From positions 4,873,039 through 4,905,038 of the forward strand of contig AP018178.1 in the NCBI GenBank assembly GCA_002368195.1: DNA of 32,000 nucleotides, in the 5' to 3' direction. The stretch is from Calothrix sp. NIES-2100. Its GTDB lineage: Bacteria; Cyanobacteriota; Cyanobacteriia; Cyanobacteriales; Nostocaceae. This document shows, piece after piece, positions 1 through 10,700 of the stretch (position 1 is the stretch's first letter; each line of letters starts with the position of its first letter). The translations under genes and the position numbers were made by a program. The notes below the pieces were generated by a model that was not told the DNA's origin, ran no database searches, and worked only from the letters and a program-made list of their open reading frames with translations.

Positions 1-1994
1 GGAATAATCAAGGCGTTGTAAATTAAAGCGGAAATAATTGCCGATTGGGCGCTTTTGAGTCCCATAATATTTAGTGCGCCAATTCCAGCAGCGGCGAAGA
101 TTGTCGGGATGATGGCGAAGTATTTGGCGATATCATTAGCAATAGAAAAGGTGGTTAATGCGCCACGGGTAATGAGCAATTGTTTCCCAATGGTGACTAA
201 ATCAATTAATTTGGTGGGGTCGGAATCTAAGTCCACCATGTTAGCAGCTTCTTTGGCGGCTTGAGTACCGGAGTTCATGGCTACCCCTACGTTGGCTTGG
301 GCTAATGCGGGTGCGTCGTTGGTACCATCGCCTGTCATGGCGACTAGTTTACCTTGGGATTGTTCGTTGCGAATAACGCCAATCTTGTCTTCTGGTGTGG
401 CTTCGGCGATAAAGTCATCTACGCCAGCTTCTTGCGCAATTACACCTGCGGTGATGCGATTGTCTCCTGTCAGCATGATGGTGCGCACACCCATACGGCG
501 GAGTTGATCGAATCTTTCCCGTAAACCTGGTTTGACTATATCTTTGAGATAGATAACTCCGAAAATTTGGTCATCTTGACAGACTGCTAAGGGTGTACCA
601 CCTAAGCGGGAAACTCGCTCGTAGGCTGCGTCTACATCATCGGCAATTTTACCACCACGCGATCGCACAAAGCCTTTAATTGCATCGACTGCTCCTTTAC
701 GCACTTGTTTCCCACTGGGTAAGTTTGTTCCACTCATCCGGGTTTTGGCGGAAAATTCCACACCTTCGGCTTGTTTGGTGTCGAAATCAACCGTGATTCC
801 TGAATTTTCGGCTAGTTTGACAATTGATCTGCCTTCTGGTGTTTCATCAAATACACTGGCTGTGAGAGCAACTCTGGCGACATCTTCCACTGTATAACTA
901 TTTACAGGGATAAACTCATCAGCCATGCGGTTTCCCAAGGTAATTGTACCAGTTTTATCTAGCACTAAGGCGTTGATGTCACCACAGGCTTCTACTGCTC
1001 GCCCAGAGGTGGCGATAACGTTAAACTGGGCGACTCTATCCATGCCAGCAATCCCAATTGCACTGAGTAAACCACCGATGGTTGTGGGTATTAAAGCTAC
1101 CAACAGGGAAATTAAGATGGCAACGCTAGCACCTGCACGTAAACTGTTTGCGGCTTCCGCACCAAATACTGTACTGATGAAGTTAGCGATGTAGTTGACA
1201 AAGGGAGACATGGTTGCAACTACAATTAAAAAGACTTGGGTAAGTACGGCTAATAATACTGTTAAGGCAATTTCGTTAGGTGTTTTAGTTCTTTCTGCTC
1301 CTTCTACTAAGGAAATCATCCGATCGATAAAGCCTTGACCAGGATCGGCGGTGATGCGTATTGTTAATTCATCTGAAAGTAGGCGTGTACCGCCGGTGAC
1401 GGAACTAGCTATATCTGTACCTGGTTGCTTGAGTACAGGGGCAGATTCTCCAGTAATTGCTGACTCATCTACCGAACCGATACCTTGAATTACTTCGCCA
1501 TCTGCCGGAATCAGATCATTGGCAATGACTTTTACTAAATCGTTACGGCGTAATTCTGGAGAATTGACTTGGACAATTGTACCATCGGGCAGGATTTTGC
1601 GCGCGATCGCATCGGTACGGGTTGACCTTAAAGAATCTGCTTGGGCTTTACCTCTTCCTTCAGCAACAGCCTCGGCAAAGTTGGCAAACAGAACTGTGAA
1701 AAAGAGAATGAAGGTAATCAACCCATTTAATAAGCGTTGCTGGTTGACATCCGCCTGTAATGTACCAAATAAATTGGGGTCAATAGTTACTAAGAATGTA
1801 ACAATTGTCCCTACCCAAACCACAAACATCACAGGATTCTTGACAGCAATGCGGGGATTGAGCTTGACAAATGACTCTTTTATTGCTTTTTGATAAAGTC
1901 CCCGCATATCTGCTTTCGGCGTGTGTCTGCGGGAGTCACGAGTGCCGTGGGGAACACGGGGCGGGCGGGGGGATGAGTCGATGTTGGTTGTCAT
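1..1994 (-). CDS. kdpB: Potassium-transporting P-type ATPase subunit B (KdpB); the 3' end runs off the window
   Basis: It is absent from the ORF track because it has no stop inside the window. My minus-strand translation from ATG 1994..1992 reads MTTNIDSS...[13 protein letters not shown]...MLTGDN...[18 protein letters not shown]..., which carries the P-type ATPase phosphorylation and hinge motifs in a KdpB-like layout. The + strand ORFs at 55..1893 are antisense shadows. Confidence 0.95.
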   Translation of the reverse strand, partial: MTTNIDSSPRPPRVPHGTRDSRRHTPKADMRGLYQKAIKESFVKLNPRIAVKNPVMFVVWVGTIVTFLVTIDPNLFGTLQADVNQQRLLNGLITFILFFTVLFANFAEAVAEGRGKAQADSLRSTRTDAIARKILPDGTIVQVNSPELRRNDLVKVIANDLIPADGEVIQGIGSVDESAITGESAPVLKQPGTDIASSVTGGTRLLSDELTIRITADPGQGFIDRMISLVEGAERTKTPNEIALTVLLAVLTQVFLIVVATMSPFVNYIANFISTVFGAEAANSLRAGASVAILISLLVALIPTTIGGLLSAIGIAGMDRVAQFNVIATSGRAVEACGDINALVLDKTGTITLGNRMADEFIPVNSYTVEDVARVALTASVFDETPEGRSIVKLAENSGITVDFDTKQAEGVEFSAKTRMSGTNLPSGKQVRKGAVDAIKGFVRSRGGKIADDVDAAYERVSRLGGTPLAVCQDDQIFGVIYLKDIVKPGLRERFDQLRRMGVRTIMLTGDNRITAGVIAQEAGVDDFIAEATPEDKIGVIRNEQSQGKLVAMTGDGTNDAPALAQANVGVAMNSGTQAAKEAANMVDLDSDPTKLIDLVTIGKQLLITRGALTTFSIANDIAKYFAIIPTIFAAAGIGALNIMGLKSAQSAIISALIYNALII

Positions 1995-2004
1995 AAAGGG
2001 GAGT

Positions 2005-2050
2005 GGGGGGGACAAGGGGGACAAGGAGGACAAGGGGGACAAGGGAGAGG
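2005..2050. repeat. STRR, 9-bp unit GGGGACAAG x ~4
   Basis: The sequence reads gggggacaa gggggacaa ggaggacaa gggggacaa ggg directly upstream of the kdpB start. A near-identical block occurs at 28305..28345. Confidence 0.85.
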
Positions 2051-2069
2051 TGATTGGGGTAAAATGCGT

Positions 2070-2384
2070 TGAGAATTTATGATGTCTGTTGCGGTTTTGA
2101 TGGAGAAAGTTGAGGCTTTGAGGCTGAAAGTTGAGGCTTTGAACTTGAAAGTTGCGGCTTTTATGCTGGAATTTGCACCTTTGAGCCTAAACGTTGCAGC
2201 TTTGATGTCGGAATTTGCTGTTTTGAACATGAACGTTGCAGCTTTGAACCTGAATGTTGAGGCTTTGAACATGAACATTGCAGCTTTGAACCGGAACGTT
2301 GCAGCTTTGAACTGGAATTTTGAGGTTTTGAACCGGAACATTGCAGCTTTAAACCTGAACGTTGCACCTTTAAAACTAAAACTT
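2070..2384. repeat. 21-bp tandem repeat array, 14 clear copies plus 1 degenerate copy (consensus GCAGCTTTGAACCTGAACGTT), lying between kdpA and kdpB
   Basis: Copies stay in exact 21-nt register from 2091 to 2384 (2091, 2112, 2133 ... 2364), with a degenerate copy at 2070..2090. Confidence 0.95.
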
Positions 2385-2392
2385 CGAGTTTG

Positions 2393-2427
2393 ACAACAGA
2401 CAACAAACAACAGACAACCAACAACTA
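2393..2427. repeat. STRR heptamer array ACAACAG/ACAACAA x5
   Basis: The sequence reads acaacag acaacaa acaacag acaacca acaacta and ends 1 nt before the kdpA stop codon. Confidence 0.9.
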
Positions 2428-2428
2428 A

Positions 2429-4174
2429 CTACCCAATCCCTTTCGCAATCCAAAAAGCCTCGCCGATGGGGCCGAATGCTAAAACGGGGAAGAATGTTAG
2501 TGCGCCGAGAATTAAAATTACGCCGGCGGTGACACCTGTGAATAATCCGGTGTCGGTGCGCAATGTGCCTGCGGTGAAAGGGACTTGTTGTTTGCGAGAT
2601 AGACTATCTGCAAGTAACAGCAACCCGATAACCGGGATGTAGCGTCCTGCAAGTAAACTAAAGCAGGTACTGAGGTTCCACCACAAAGCTGTTACGGTGG
2701 TTTTTGCACCGGTTGCAATAGCGATTGGTGATGGTTGAGAATCTCCTAAACCTTCAAATCCTGAACCATTATTAGCCGCAGCGGAGGCGTATTCGTAGAT
2801 AACTTGCGCGAAACCGTGAAAGCCGGGATTGCTGATTCCTGCGAGTTGGTCGGGAAATGCTAACGTGATGCCCGCAGGTATCATAATGGCAATGGGGTGA
2901 ACTAAGAGAATCAAAAAACTCGCCAGCACCACTTCACGCTTTTCAATTTTCCGTCCAAGAAATTCTGGTGTGCGCCCTACCATCAAACCTGTGACAAATA
3001 CTGCCAAAATCAAGTAAGCAAACAAGTATGCTGTTCCCGTACCTTGTCCACCCCAAATGATTTGCAGAAACATATTTGACAGAGTGACAAAACCACCGTT
3101 AGGCATGAATGAATCATGCATACTATTAACAGCACCAGTCATAGTCCCTGTTGTCAATGTGGCAAACAGCGCCGACTGTGCCCAACCAAATCTAACTTCT
3201 TTGCCTTCTAAATTTGGTTGTGTACTGCCCAACAGTGCATTTACAGCCGGATTACCGTTATATTCGCCAATGGCGTTAACCGTCAAAAATGTTAGGAAAA
3301 GTACACTCACCATCCCGTAGACTAACCAAGCTTGTTTGGTGTTATTAGCAAACAAACCATAGGTGTAAATCAGAGATGTGGGAATTGAAATCATCGCCAC
3401 AATCTCAATTAAATTTGTGAAGGGGTTGGGATTTTCAAAAGGGTGGGCTGAGTTGATAGCGAAAAAGCCGCCGCCGTTTTCTCCCAATTCCTTGATGATT
3501 TCAAAATGAGCAACCGGGCCGCGCGCGATCGCCTGACTAATATTAGAATCTTCTAAGGTGGGGAAGACAACTGGCCCTGCTAAGGTTTCGGGAACACCAG
3601 CCGCCATCAAAGCAATACCACCGACAATACAAATAGGTAACAAAATCCGCGTGATTGAACGAATTAAATCTACATAAAAATTGCCCAAAGATCTACCAGT
3701 CAAACCTCGGATAAAAGCAATCCCCACCGCCAACCCAGTCGCCGCCGAGGTAAACATATGATATCCCAGCCCCCACATTTGGCTGGCATAACTGAGGTAG
3801 GTTTCACCCGAATAATGCTGCTGGTTGGTGTTAGTAATAAAAGATATGGTTGTGTGTAATGCTGTATCCCAAGTTGGCGCACCTATCTTAGTCGGGTTTA
3901 GGGGTAGCCATCCTTGATTCATGATGATGAAAAATATCAGCAAACCCATCACTACATTGCTGTACAATATGGCTCTGGCATACTGCCAACCTGTCATATC
4001 TGCTTTAGTGGGAACGCCTACCAAAGAGTAAAGCAATCGTTCAACTGGGTTTAAAGTTGGGTCGAGAAAAGTGCGCTGTTCTTGATAGACACGCGCCATA
4101 TATCTGCCAAAAAATGGAGTTATTACTACTACAATTATTAGCGTTAATGCTATCTGAATCCATCCCTGTAGCAT
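2429..4174 (-). CDS. kdpA: Potassium-transporting ATPase subunit A (KdpA)
   Basis: The 581-aa polytopic membrane ORF is collinear with KdpA (…[15 protein letters not shown]…, …[18 protein letters not shown]…, …[14 protein letters not shown]…, …[12 protein letters not shown]…) and lies immediately upstream of kdpB on the same strand. Confidence 0.95.
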   Translation of the reverse strand: MLQGWIQIALTLIIVVVITPFFGRYMARVYQEQRTFLDPTLNPVERLLYSLVGVPTKADMTGWQYARAILYSNVVMGLLIFFIIMNQGWLPLNPTKIGAPTWDTALHTTISFITNTNQQHYSGETYLSYASQMWGLGYHMFTSAATGLAVGIAFIRGLTGRSLGNFYVDLIRSITRILLPICIVGGIALMAAGVPETLAGPVVFPTLEDSNISQAIARGPVAHFEIIKELGENGGGFFAINSAHPFENPNPFTNLIEIVAMISIPTSLIYTYGLFANNTKQAWLVYGMVSVLFLTFLTVNAIGEYNGNPAVNALLGSTQPNLEGKEVRFGWAQSALFATLTTGTMTGAVNSMHDSFMPNGGFVTLSNMFLQIIWGGQGTGTAYLFAYLILAVFVTGLMVGRTPEFLGRKIEKREVVLASFLILLVHPIAIMIPAGITLAFPDQLAGISNPGFHGFAQVIYEYASAAANNGSGFEGLGDSQPSPIAIATGAKTTVTALWWNLSTCFSLLAGRYIPVIGLLLLADSLSRKQQVPFTAGTLRTDTGLFTGVTAGVILILGALTFFPVLAFGPIGEAFWIAKGIG

Positions 4175-4347
4175 GATTTATACCAATCGATAATTCGTAA
4201 CTTGTAATACAAATTGTTAATTTACTTTCATCATCAATTGTTTTGCTAAGAGATACAAGATATAGAAGATATAAAAACAGGCTTATTTTTGATATAGGTA
4301 GCGTTTATGATGCCTATATTTATCGTTTAGAGCGTTTAGATCCTTTC

Positions 4348-4457
4348 CTAGTGGTTCATCCCATTAATTCTGATGAGTCGCGGATGTTCAGATCCCCGAC
4401 TTCTTAAAGAAGTCGGGGATCTAGCAGCCTCGCAAAATTAATGGGACAGACCACTAG
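4348..4457. mobile_element. MITE-like palindromic element
   Basis: The outer inverted repeats are ctagtggttcatcccattaatt (4348..4369) and aattaatgggacagaccactag (4436..4457). They enclose a perfect 31-nt palindrome, gatccccgacttcttaaagaagtcggggatc (4391..4421). Confidence 0.6.
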
Positions 4458-4530
4458 TAGTCTGGGCAATGCCCACCCTACAGATACTCCTTAAAATGAG
4501 ATTAATAGTGAAATTGCCGTAAATCAAAAT

Positions 4531-5247
4531 ATGATTACACGTCCTGGCACAATTATCATACCTCTCTCAACCCTTCCACCTTTGGAAAACGGTGATAAAC
4601 TCACTCGCGCTGAATTTGAGCGTCGTTATCATGCTATGCCTGAAGTGAAAAAAGCAGAACTGATTGAAGGAATTGTGTATATGGCATCTCCGTTACGAGT
4701 TACAGGTCATGGTGAACCCCATGCTGATATTATCATTTGGTTGGGACTTTACAAAGTGGCTACACCAGGCGTTAAACTCGCTGATAATTCCACTGTACGT
4801 CTAGATGCAGATAACGAACCTCAACCAGATGTCTGCTTGAGAATTGCCAATGGGGGACAGACGCGTGTTAGCGATGATGACTATATTGAAGGTGCGCCAG
4901 AGTTAATTGTGGAAGTTGCAGCTAGTAGTGTTTCTCTAGATTTACACGACAAGTTAAAAGTATACCGCCGTAATCAAGTGCAAGAGTATTTAGTATGGCG
5001 AGTTTATGACGGTGAATTTGATTGGTTCAAGTTACAGGAAGGCGAATATATTCAGCTAACACCGAATGCTGATGGTGTGATTTGTTCCCAAGTTTTTCCG
5101 GGTTTATGGTTAGATAAAGCAGCATTATTAACCGGAAATTTAGCTAAAGTCTTAGAAGTTTTGCAGCAAGGTTTGGCAAGTGCAGAACACCAGAGTTTTG
5201 GAGAACATCTCGCTAGTAAGGGGAGGGGGGATGAGGAGACACGGTGA
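4531..5247 (+). CDS. Uma2-family (DUF820) putative restriction-type endonuclease
   Basis: The 238-aa ORF has the family layout (…AELIEG.VYMASP…, …D..VRLD….PQPDV…, …APELIVEV.S.S….D…K...Y….V.EY…) that is typical of the abundant cyanobacterial Uma2 proteins. Confidence 0.85.
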   Translation: MITRPGTIIIPLSTLPPLENGDKLTRAEFERRYHAMPEVKKAELIEGIVYMASPLRVTGHGEPHADIIIWLGLYKVATPGVKLADNSTVRLDADNEPQPDVCLRIANGGQTRVSDDDYIEGAPELIVEVAASSVSLDLHDKLKVYRRNQVQEYLVWRVYDGEFDWFKLQEGEYIQLTPNADGVICSQVFPGLWLDKAALLTGNLAKVLEVLQQGLASAEHQSFGEHLASKGRGDEETR

Positions 5248-5312
5248 CGCGGTGACGTGGTGACGCGGAGAATGACAAATAACAAATAACAAATGCCCAA
5301 TGCCCAATAACT
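5243..5312. repeat. STRR cluster (GGTGACGC x3, ACAAATA x2-3, ATGCCCA x2)
   Basis: The sequence reads ggtgacgc ggtgacgt ggtgacgc ... gacaaat aacaaat aacaaat gcccaat gcccaat. The called kinase ATG (5300) lies inside the ATGCCCA units. Confidence 0.85.
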
Positions 5313-6376
5313 CTCAAGTGAGTAGAATTACAGTCATCTTGGCGCTATTTCTCACTGTCATGTTCATGGAGTTTTCTACCCCGACTGAATATGTATTTGG
5401 CTATCTGTATACAGGCCCTATATTATTAGCAAATTCATGGTTTGGGAGAATTGCAACTTTTCAAGCGACAGTGGTTGCTGTCTGCTTAACTATGTTGAAT
5501 ATTTGGTTACCAGAAGGTGGAGTAATCAAAGCATCCACAGTTGCAAGTCGCGCGATCGCAGTTTTGGCTTTAATTGTCACAGGTGTGTTAAGCGATCGCC
5601 TGCGTCGTTCCCAAGAAGCGATCGCTCTGGCTCGTGCCAAGTTAGAATCGCAAGAGGAATTAGTCAAAGTCCGCGAAGATTTTGCTTCGACACTCACCCA
5701 TGATTTAAAAACGCCGTTGCTGGGCGCAATGGAAACCATCAAAGCCTTTCAACAAGAAAAATTTGGCTCTGTGTCACCTACCCAGCAACAAGTCTTAGAT
5801 ACAATGGCACGCAGCCATAAAACTTCCCTGCAACTTTTAGAAACTTTATTAGATATCTATCGCAACGATACTGAAGGCTTAAAGCTGGAGTTAGCACCTG
5901 TAGATTTAGCGAACTTAGCAGAAGATGCAGCTGCTAGTTTGATTGAATTAGCCGCCAATCGTCGTGTTCATCTCTCGGTGAATTATGGTGATTCTGATTG
6001 GCGACGCGCCTTATGGGTTCAAGGTGATGCACTGCAACTGCAACGAGTTTTTAATAATCTGTTAGTGAATGCAATTAATCATTCCCGGCGCGGGGGAAGG
6101 GTGGAAGTAGTTTTAGAACCCCAAACTACTTACCAGGTTGTAAAAATTTTAGATACAGGTGCGGGGATTGAGACAGAAGAGTTATCCCATATATTTGAAC
6201 GATTTTATCAAGGACATAGCCAGCGCCAAGCCAAAGGTTCAGGATTGGGGCTTTATCTCTCTCGCCAAATTATTTCAGCTCACAGAGGTATAATTTGGGC
6301 AGAGAACAGAATACCCACTGGTGCAATATTTGCTTTCAAATTGCCCATTTACCCGTTTCAAGGGGATAGGGGATAG
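5300..6376 (+). CDS. Membrane-bound sensor histidine kinase (HisKA + HATPase_c)
   Basis: The N-terminal ~100 aa are hydrophobic. The H-box is FASTLTHDLKTPL, and the N/G boxes are NLLVNAINHS, LDTGAGI and GSGLGL. The exact start is uncertain (ATG 5300 or a downstream GTG). Confidence 0.9.
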   Translation: MPNNSQVSRITVILALFLTVMFMEFSTPTEYVFGYLYTGPILLANSWFGRIATFQATVVAVCLTMLNIWLPEGGVIKASTVASRAIAVLALIVTGVLSDRLRRSQEAIALARAKLESQEELVKVREDFASTLTHDLKTPLLGAMETIKAFQQEKFGSVSPTQQQVLDTMARSHKTSLQLLETLLDIYRNDTEGLKLELAPVDLANLAEDAAASLIELAANRRVHLSVNYGDSDWRRALWVQGDALQLQRVFNNLLVNAINHSRRGGRVEVVLEPQTTYQVVKILDTGAGIETEELSHIFERFYQGHSQRQAKGSGLGLYLSRQIISAHRGIIWAENRIPTGAIFAFKLPIYPFQGDRG

Positions 6377-6379
6377 GGA

Positions 6380-6513
6380 GTGTTTTCAAAGTCTTAGATC
6401 CCCCATTATCCCCCTTTACAAGGGGGACTTTGAAGGATTTTTTGCCCCCCTTAATAAGGGGGGTTGGGGGGATCGGCGCGGAATCTTAGGAATAACGATG
6501 AGTTTGAAAACAC
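6380..6513. mobile_element. MITE-like element between the kinase and its regulator
   Basis: The termini are gtgttttcaaa (6380..6390) and tttgaaaacac (6503..6513). Internal G/C hairpins are ccccctttacaaggggg and ccccccttaataagggggg. ORF 6321..6587 is an artefact running through this element. Confidence 0.5.
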
Positions 6514-6616
6514 GCCCTAGGGAAGAAGACAACGGACAACTGTACGGGCGGGTTGACAGATATCCTCACCGATCAGCGATGATCTAAATAAACCCGCCCC
6601 TACTGACAACTGACAA

Positions 6617-7276
6617 ATGATCAAAATTCTCCTTGTTGAGGACGATGAACTCTTCCGCTTGGGTTTGCGTGTGCGATTGCAACAAGAACCAGGTTTAGAG
6701 ATTGTCGCTGAAGCTGAAGATGGTGAAACAGCTATTGAGTTAGTTAAGCAAACTCCTCTAGATGTGGTGCTGTTGGATGTGGGTTTACCAGGAATTGGCG
6801 GAATTGAAGCTTGTAGAGAAATTAAACAGCAAAATCCTCTGCTACCAGTTTTAGTTTTAACTTCCCATTCGCAAAAACCTTTAATTACAAGATTAATTGA
6901 AGCAGGCGCACAAGGCTACTGTCTCAAAGGAATTGCGGCAGAAAAATTAGTTTTAGCCCTGCGTTCTGTAGCGGCTGGTGCTTCTTGGTGGGATGCAACT
7001 GCAACTAAAGAAATTCGTTCTTCGTTGAGTTCTGAACCATCGCCTCCGGAGTTAGAAAACATCACAAAGCCTGTCAATCCCCTAACTGGGCGCGAACAAG
7101 AAATTCTCTCGCTGTTAGCCGCCGGCAAAACTAATCAAGAAATTGCCCATGAATTATATATTGCACCGGGAACAGTGCGCGTTCATATTCATGCAATTTT
7201 ACAGAAATTAGAAGTAAGCGATCGCACTCAAGCCGTCGTCGTCGCCTTCCAAAAACATTTGATTAAAAATAGTTAG
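6617..7276 (+). CDS. NarL/FixJ (LuxR-type HTH) response regulator
   Basis: The receiver reads MIKILLVEDDELFR…VLLDVGLPG…. The C-terminal LuxR HTH reads LTGREQEILSLLAAGKTNQEIAHELYIAPGTVRVHIHAILQKLEVSDRTQA. Confidence 0.92.
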   Translation: MIKILLVEDDELFRLGLRVRLQQEPGLEIVAEAEDGETAIELVKQTPLDVVLLDVGLPGIGGIEACREIKQQNPLLPVLVLTSHSQKPLITRLIEAGAQGYCLKGIAAEKLVLALRSVAAGASWWDATATKEIRSSLSSEPSPPELENITKPVNPLTGREQEILSLLAAGKTNQEIAHELYIAPGTVRVHIHAILQKLEVSDRTQAVVVAFQKHLIKNS

Positions 7277-7378
7277 TTGTCAGTTGTCATTTGTCATTTG
7301 TCATTTGTCATTTGTCATTTGTCATTCTCCCTGTCCCCGCGTCCCCGCGTCCCCGCGTCTCCCTCATCCCCCTCATCC
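7277..7378. repeat. STRR cluster (TTGTCAT/TTTGTCA x ~7, then CCCCGCGT x3, CCCTCAT x2)
   Basis: The sequence reads ttgtcag ttgtcat ttgtcat ... followed by tccccgcg tccccgcg tccccgcg. It fills the convergent gap between the LuxR regulator and the CheY-like gene. Confidence 0.9.
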
Positions 7379-7753
7379 TCACCAACCCAAAGCCGTCGCA
7401 ATCTGTCCAGCCAATTCTAGGGGATTGAACGGTTTTGCGATCGCAGTTGCCATTCCCATCTGTGCATAACGGCGACGATCCGCAGCCTGGATTTTTGCGG
7501 TTAACAAAATCACGGGAATGCTTTTGGTGGCTGGATTTGCTTGTAATTTCTCAAAGGTAGCGATCCCGTCCATATCTGGCATCATTACATCTAACAGGAT
7601 TGCATCTGGTTGCCAAGTTTCGGCTTTCATTATGCCTTCTCTACCAGAACTGACTGTCATCACTTCCCACGCGGCGACGGTTTCTAAGCAAATTTTGGCA
7701 ACTTCTTGAATATATTCTTCGTTATCAACAACGAGAATTCGCTTTTGTTTCAT
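7379..7753 (-). CDS. Single-domain CheY-like response regulator
   Basis: The motifs are MKQKRILVVDNEE…ILLDVMMPDMDG…LLTAK. The ORF track starts it at GTG 7762, but ATG 7753 (MKQKR) is more likely. It overlaps the 3' end of the upstream giant gene (stop at 7725). Confidence 0.85.
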   Translation of the reverse strand: MKQKRILVVDNEEYIQEVAKICLETVAAWEVMTVSSGREGIMKAETWQPDAILLDVMMPDMDGIATFEKLQANPATKSIPVILLTAKIQAADRRRYAQMGMATAIAKPFNPLELAGQIATALGW

Positions 7754-10700
7754 CACCACCACCTTCTTGTTGATTTTGTGTCATCCTTTGAAGTAGCTCC
7801 ATGACGCGGTGTTCAAATTCTTGAGTTGTTACACGTCCTTTGGTTAAAAATTCTGTATGTCCTAATTTGAGTCGATTGCGTTCTGATTCGTCCAAATCTT
7901 TCGCTGAATAAACCACTACAGGGGTGCTACATAATTGATTGTGCTTTTTTAACCAATCTACCACTGCAAATCCATCGCTTTCTGGCAAAATTAAGTCAAG
8001 AATTAATAAATCTGGGTTGACTTTTTGGCTGAGATGAATTGCTTCCCTTCCCGTTTGGGCGAGGAAGGTTTCAATGTCGTGTCTTTCAAACAAGGTAATT
8101 AGCAGTTGGGCTAAATCGTTATCGTCTTCAACAATCAGAATCCGCATTCGCACTGAAGATTTAGCGACTACTTGTCTGAGTGACTGTAACAAGTAATTTT
8201 CGGGGACTGGTTTGCTTACCCAATCAGCAAAGTCTACACTGGGTTGATTCTGGGAACTGGGTTTGTAGACGCTACAAATCACAATCGGAATATCCTTGGT
8301 ATCTGCCCGTTCTTTTAATACTGCCATTGTTTCCCAACCATTCATCCCAGGCATTAACAAATCCAATAAAATCACATCTGGATGTTGACTTGCGGCTAAG
8401 GCGATCGCTTCTTCGCCGGTAGTCACTGTTACTACCCGATAACCACCTGTTTCCAGTAGGGTTTGCATTTCCTGTGTAATTACCGGATCGTCGTCGCAGA
8501 TTAGCACCAGGGGTGAGTAGTGATTCTTCATCTCTGGGTGCTGAGTTGTCGGGACTATTTCTACAGCCTGGGGCGATCGCACTATGGGAATACTAAAGTA
8601 AAAACTACTACCTTCCTCTAGTCTACTTTCCACCCAGATGCGTCCGCCATGCTGTTGAACAATGCTTTGGCAAATTGCTAAACCTAAACCTGTACCGTCA
8701 TGGTTGCGTGAATCTGAGGAGTCAACTTGTTGAAAGCGCTCAAATATACTATCCAGTTTGTCTTCTGGTATTCCCCGTCCGGTATCTTTAACTGTAAATA
8801 AAACTTCATTTTCTTCCTGTGCTGCTACTAACCAAACCGTTGCGCCCGCAGTCGAAAATTTAATGGCGTTACTCAGCAGATTTGTGAGAGTTTGGACAAT
8901 TCGGTCTGGATCTATCCATAGCTCAACTGATAAGCTCTCAATTGAGAGTTTTACCCCAGCTTTCTCTGCTAAAGGCTGCATAATATTCACTGCTGACTCA
9001 ATTAACTCAGCAACATTGCGGGTTTCCCGTTCCATTTTTACCCTACCCGACTCGATGCGCTCTATATCCAAGATGTCGTTAATCAAGCGAACTAGGCGAT
9101 CGGTGCTATCGGTAGCAATTTGCAGTAGACGTTTTCCCTGCTCTGATGTGGCTGTCAGTAAACCACTGGTGAGCATTCCTAAGGAACCGTGAATTGAAGT
9201 TAGTGGTGTGCGGAGTTCGTGGCTGACAACGGAAACAAACTCATCTTTCATCCGTTCGATTTGCTTACGCTCTGTAATATCACGCAATATTACTGTATAA
9301 TATACTTTGTTTCCCTGATCTAATTTCGAGATCGAAGCTTCAGCCGGAAATTCTGTCCCATCCCGACGACGACCAAATATTTCTCGCCGTTCTCCCATTC
9401 TCCGAGCCAGGTTAGGAGATGTACCAAAGTCAACGACATGGTGACGATGGGCTTGAGCAAAGCGTAATGGTAATAGTAAATCTAGGGGCTTGCCGATGGC
9501 TTCAGAGGCAGTATAGCCAAAAATCTTTTCGGCTCCTTGGTTAAATAATGTAATTTTTTGCTGGGCATCGATGGAAATAATGGCATCATCAGCAATATCT
9601 AAGATGCGGGCAAATTTTACTTGGGAGATCCGCAGTTGTTCTTGAATTTTTTGGCGTTCATCCAATTCTGATTGTAATTTGCGGTTGAGGCTAATTAACT
9701 CCGCCGTGCGTTGGGCAACGCGCAATTCTAATTCGTTATTAGCTTTATGTAAAAATGCTTCGGTTTGCTTGCGTTTGGTAATATCCCGGGCGATAAATTG
9801 CGAAGCTGGTTGACTTTGGTAGATACAAGGGGCGGCGGCTATTTCCAGAGCGATCGCAGTTCCATCCAACCGCAGAAATTGTACTTCATGTAGGGGAATT
9901 TCTTGGTGAAATTCTTTTAAAAGTCGGAAATTTTCGCTCACAGCCTGTTGTGAGTCGGGGTGAACCAAATCAAGTATTTTTTTACCGAGTAATTCTATGG
10001 GTACTGTTGCGCCAAACAGCTTGACTGCGGCACTATTGACAAAGACAAAATTTCCGTCGCCTTCAATAAATATCGCTTCTGGGCAAAGTTCTACTAGCTG
10101 TTGGTAGCTTTGCTGACTTTGTTGGAGTGCAATTTGGGCGAGTTGGCGATCGCGTTGATTGCGCAATGCCATAATCCCATAAGCTAAGTCTGCGGCTAGT
10201 GCTTGCAATAATTCTACTTCATCGCTATCAAAGGAATTTGGTTCAGTGGCGTAAATATTCAACGCCCCAAATACTTGATGTTCGGCAATTAACGGTAAAG
10301 ATATCGATGCTGCATAGCCTTGCTTACTTGCCTGACACCGCCAAATTTCGTAATTAGGATCAGTTAAAATATTTTGGATAATCGCGGTTTGACCTGTGCG
10401 AATCGCTGTCCCCGATGGGCCTCTACCATGAATTGTATCAGCCCAGGTGAGGTTGAGAGATTGCAAATATCCATCTTCATAACCTGCTTGCGCGATCGGG
10501 CGAATAGTTTTTTCGCCATCATTTTCAGCAAAACCAACCCACGCCAAGCGATAGCCACCCACTTCCACAATCATTTGGCAAATTCTGTGCAGCAAATCTA
10601 ACTCATCTTTGGCACGCACAAGTACTTGCGAGCAATTACTCAACGCCTGAAGTGTCCGATTTACCCGGCGAATTTCTGTTTCTACTCTTCTATATTCTGT

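Noticed and set aside
55-1893. Four + strand ORFs (55..264, 277..507, 925..1194, 1519..1893) at the left end of the window
   Set aside because: They lie antisense to a continuous, clearly KdpB-like minus-strand frame and have Ala/Ser/Pro-rich shadow composition. I treat them as antisense artefacts.
1991-2424. ORFs 1991..2410 (-), 2079..2393 (+) and 2161..2424 (-), which encode heptad-like repeat peptides
   Set aside because: All three are by-products of a stop-free 21-bp tandem repeat. The variable columns (2-3, 11-14, 18-19 of the unit) show no codon periodicity, so I do not call a CDS. The ATGA overlap with kdpB is kept as a finding only.
4175-4347. A kdpF-like small hydrophobic ORF upstream of kdpA
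   Set aside because: Only trivial ORFs are present on the minus strand (for example MMKVN*), and there is no ~25-30-codon hydrophobic frame.
7284-7469. ORF 7284..7469 (+) (MSFVICHLSFVICH…) and the similar ORFs 16092..16295 and 16130..16480 (+)
   Set aside because: They are translations of TTGTCAT heptamer STRRs running into the antisense of real genes.
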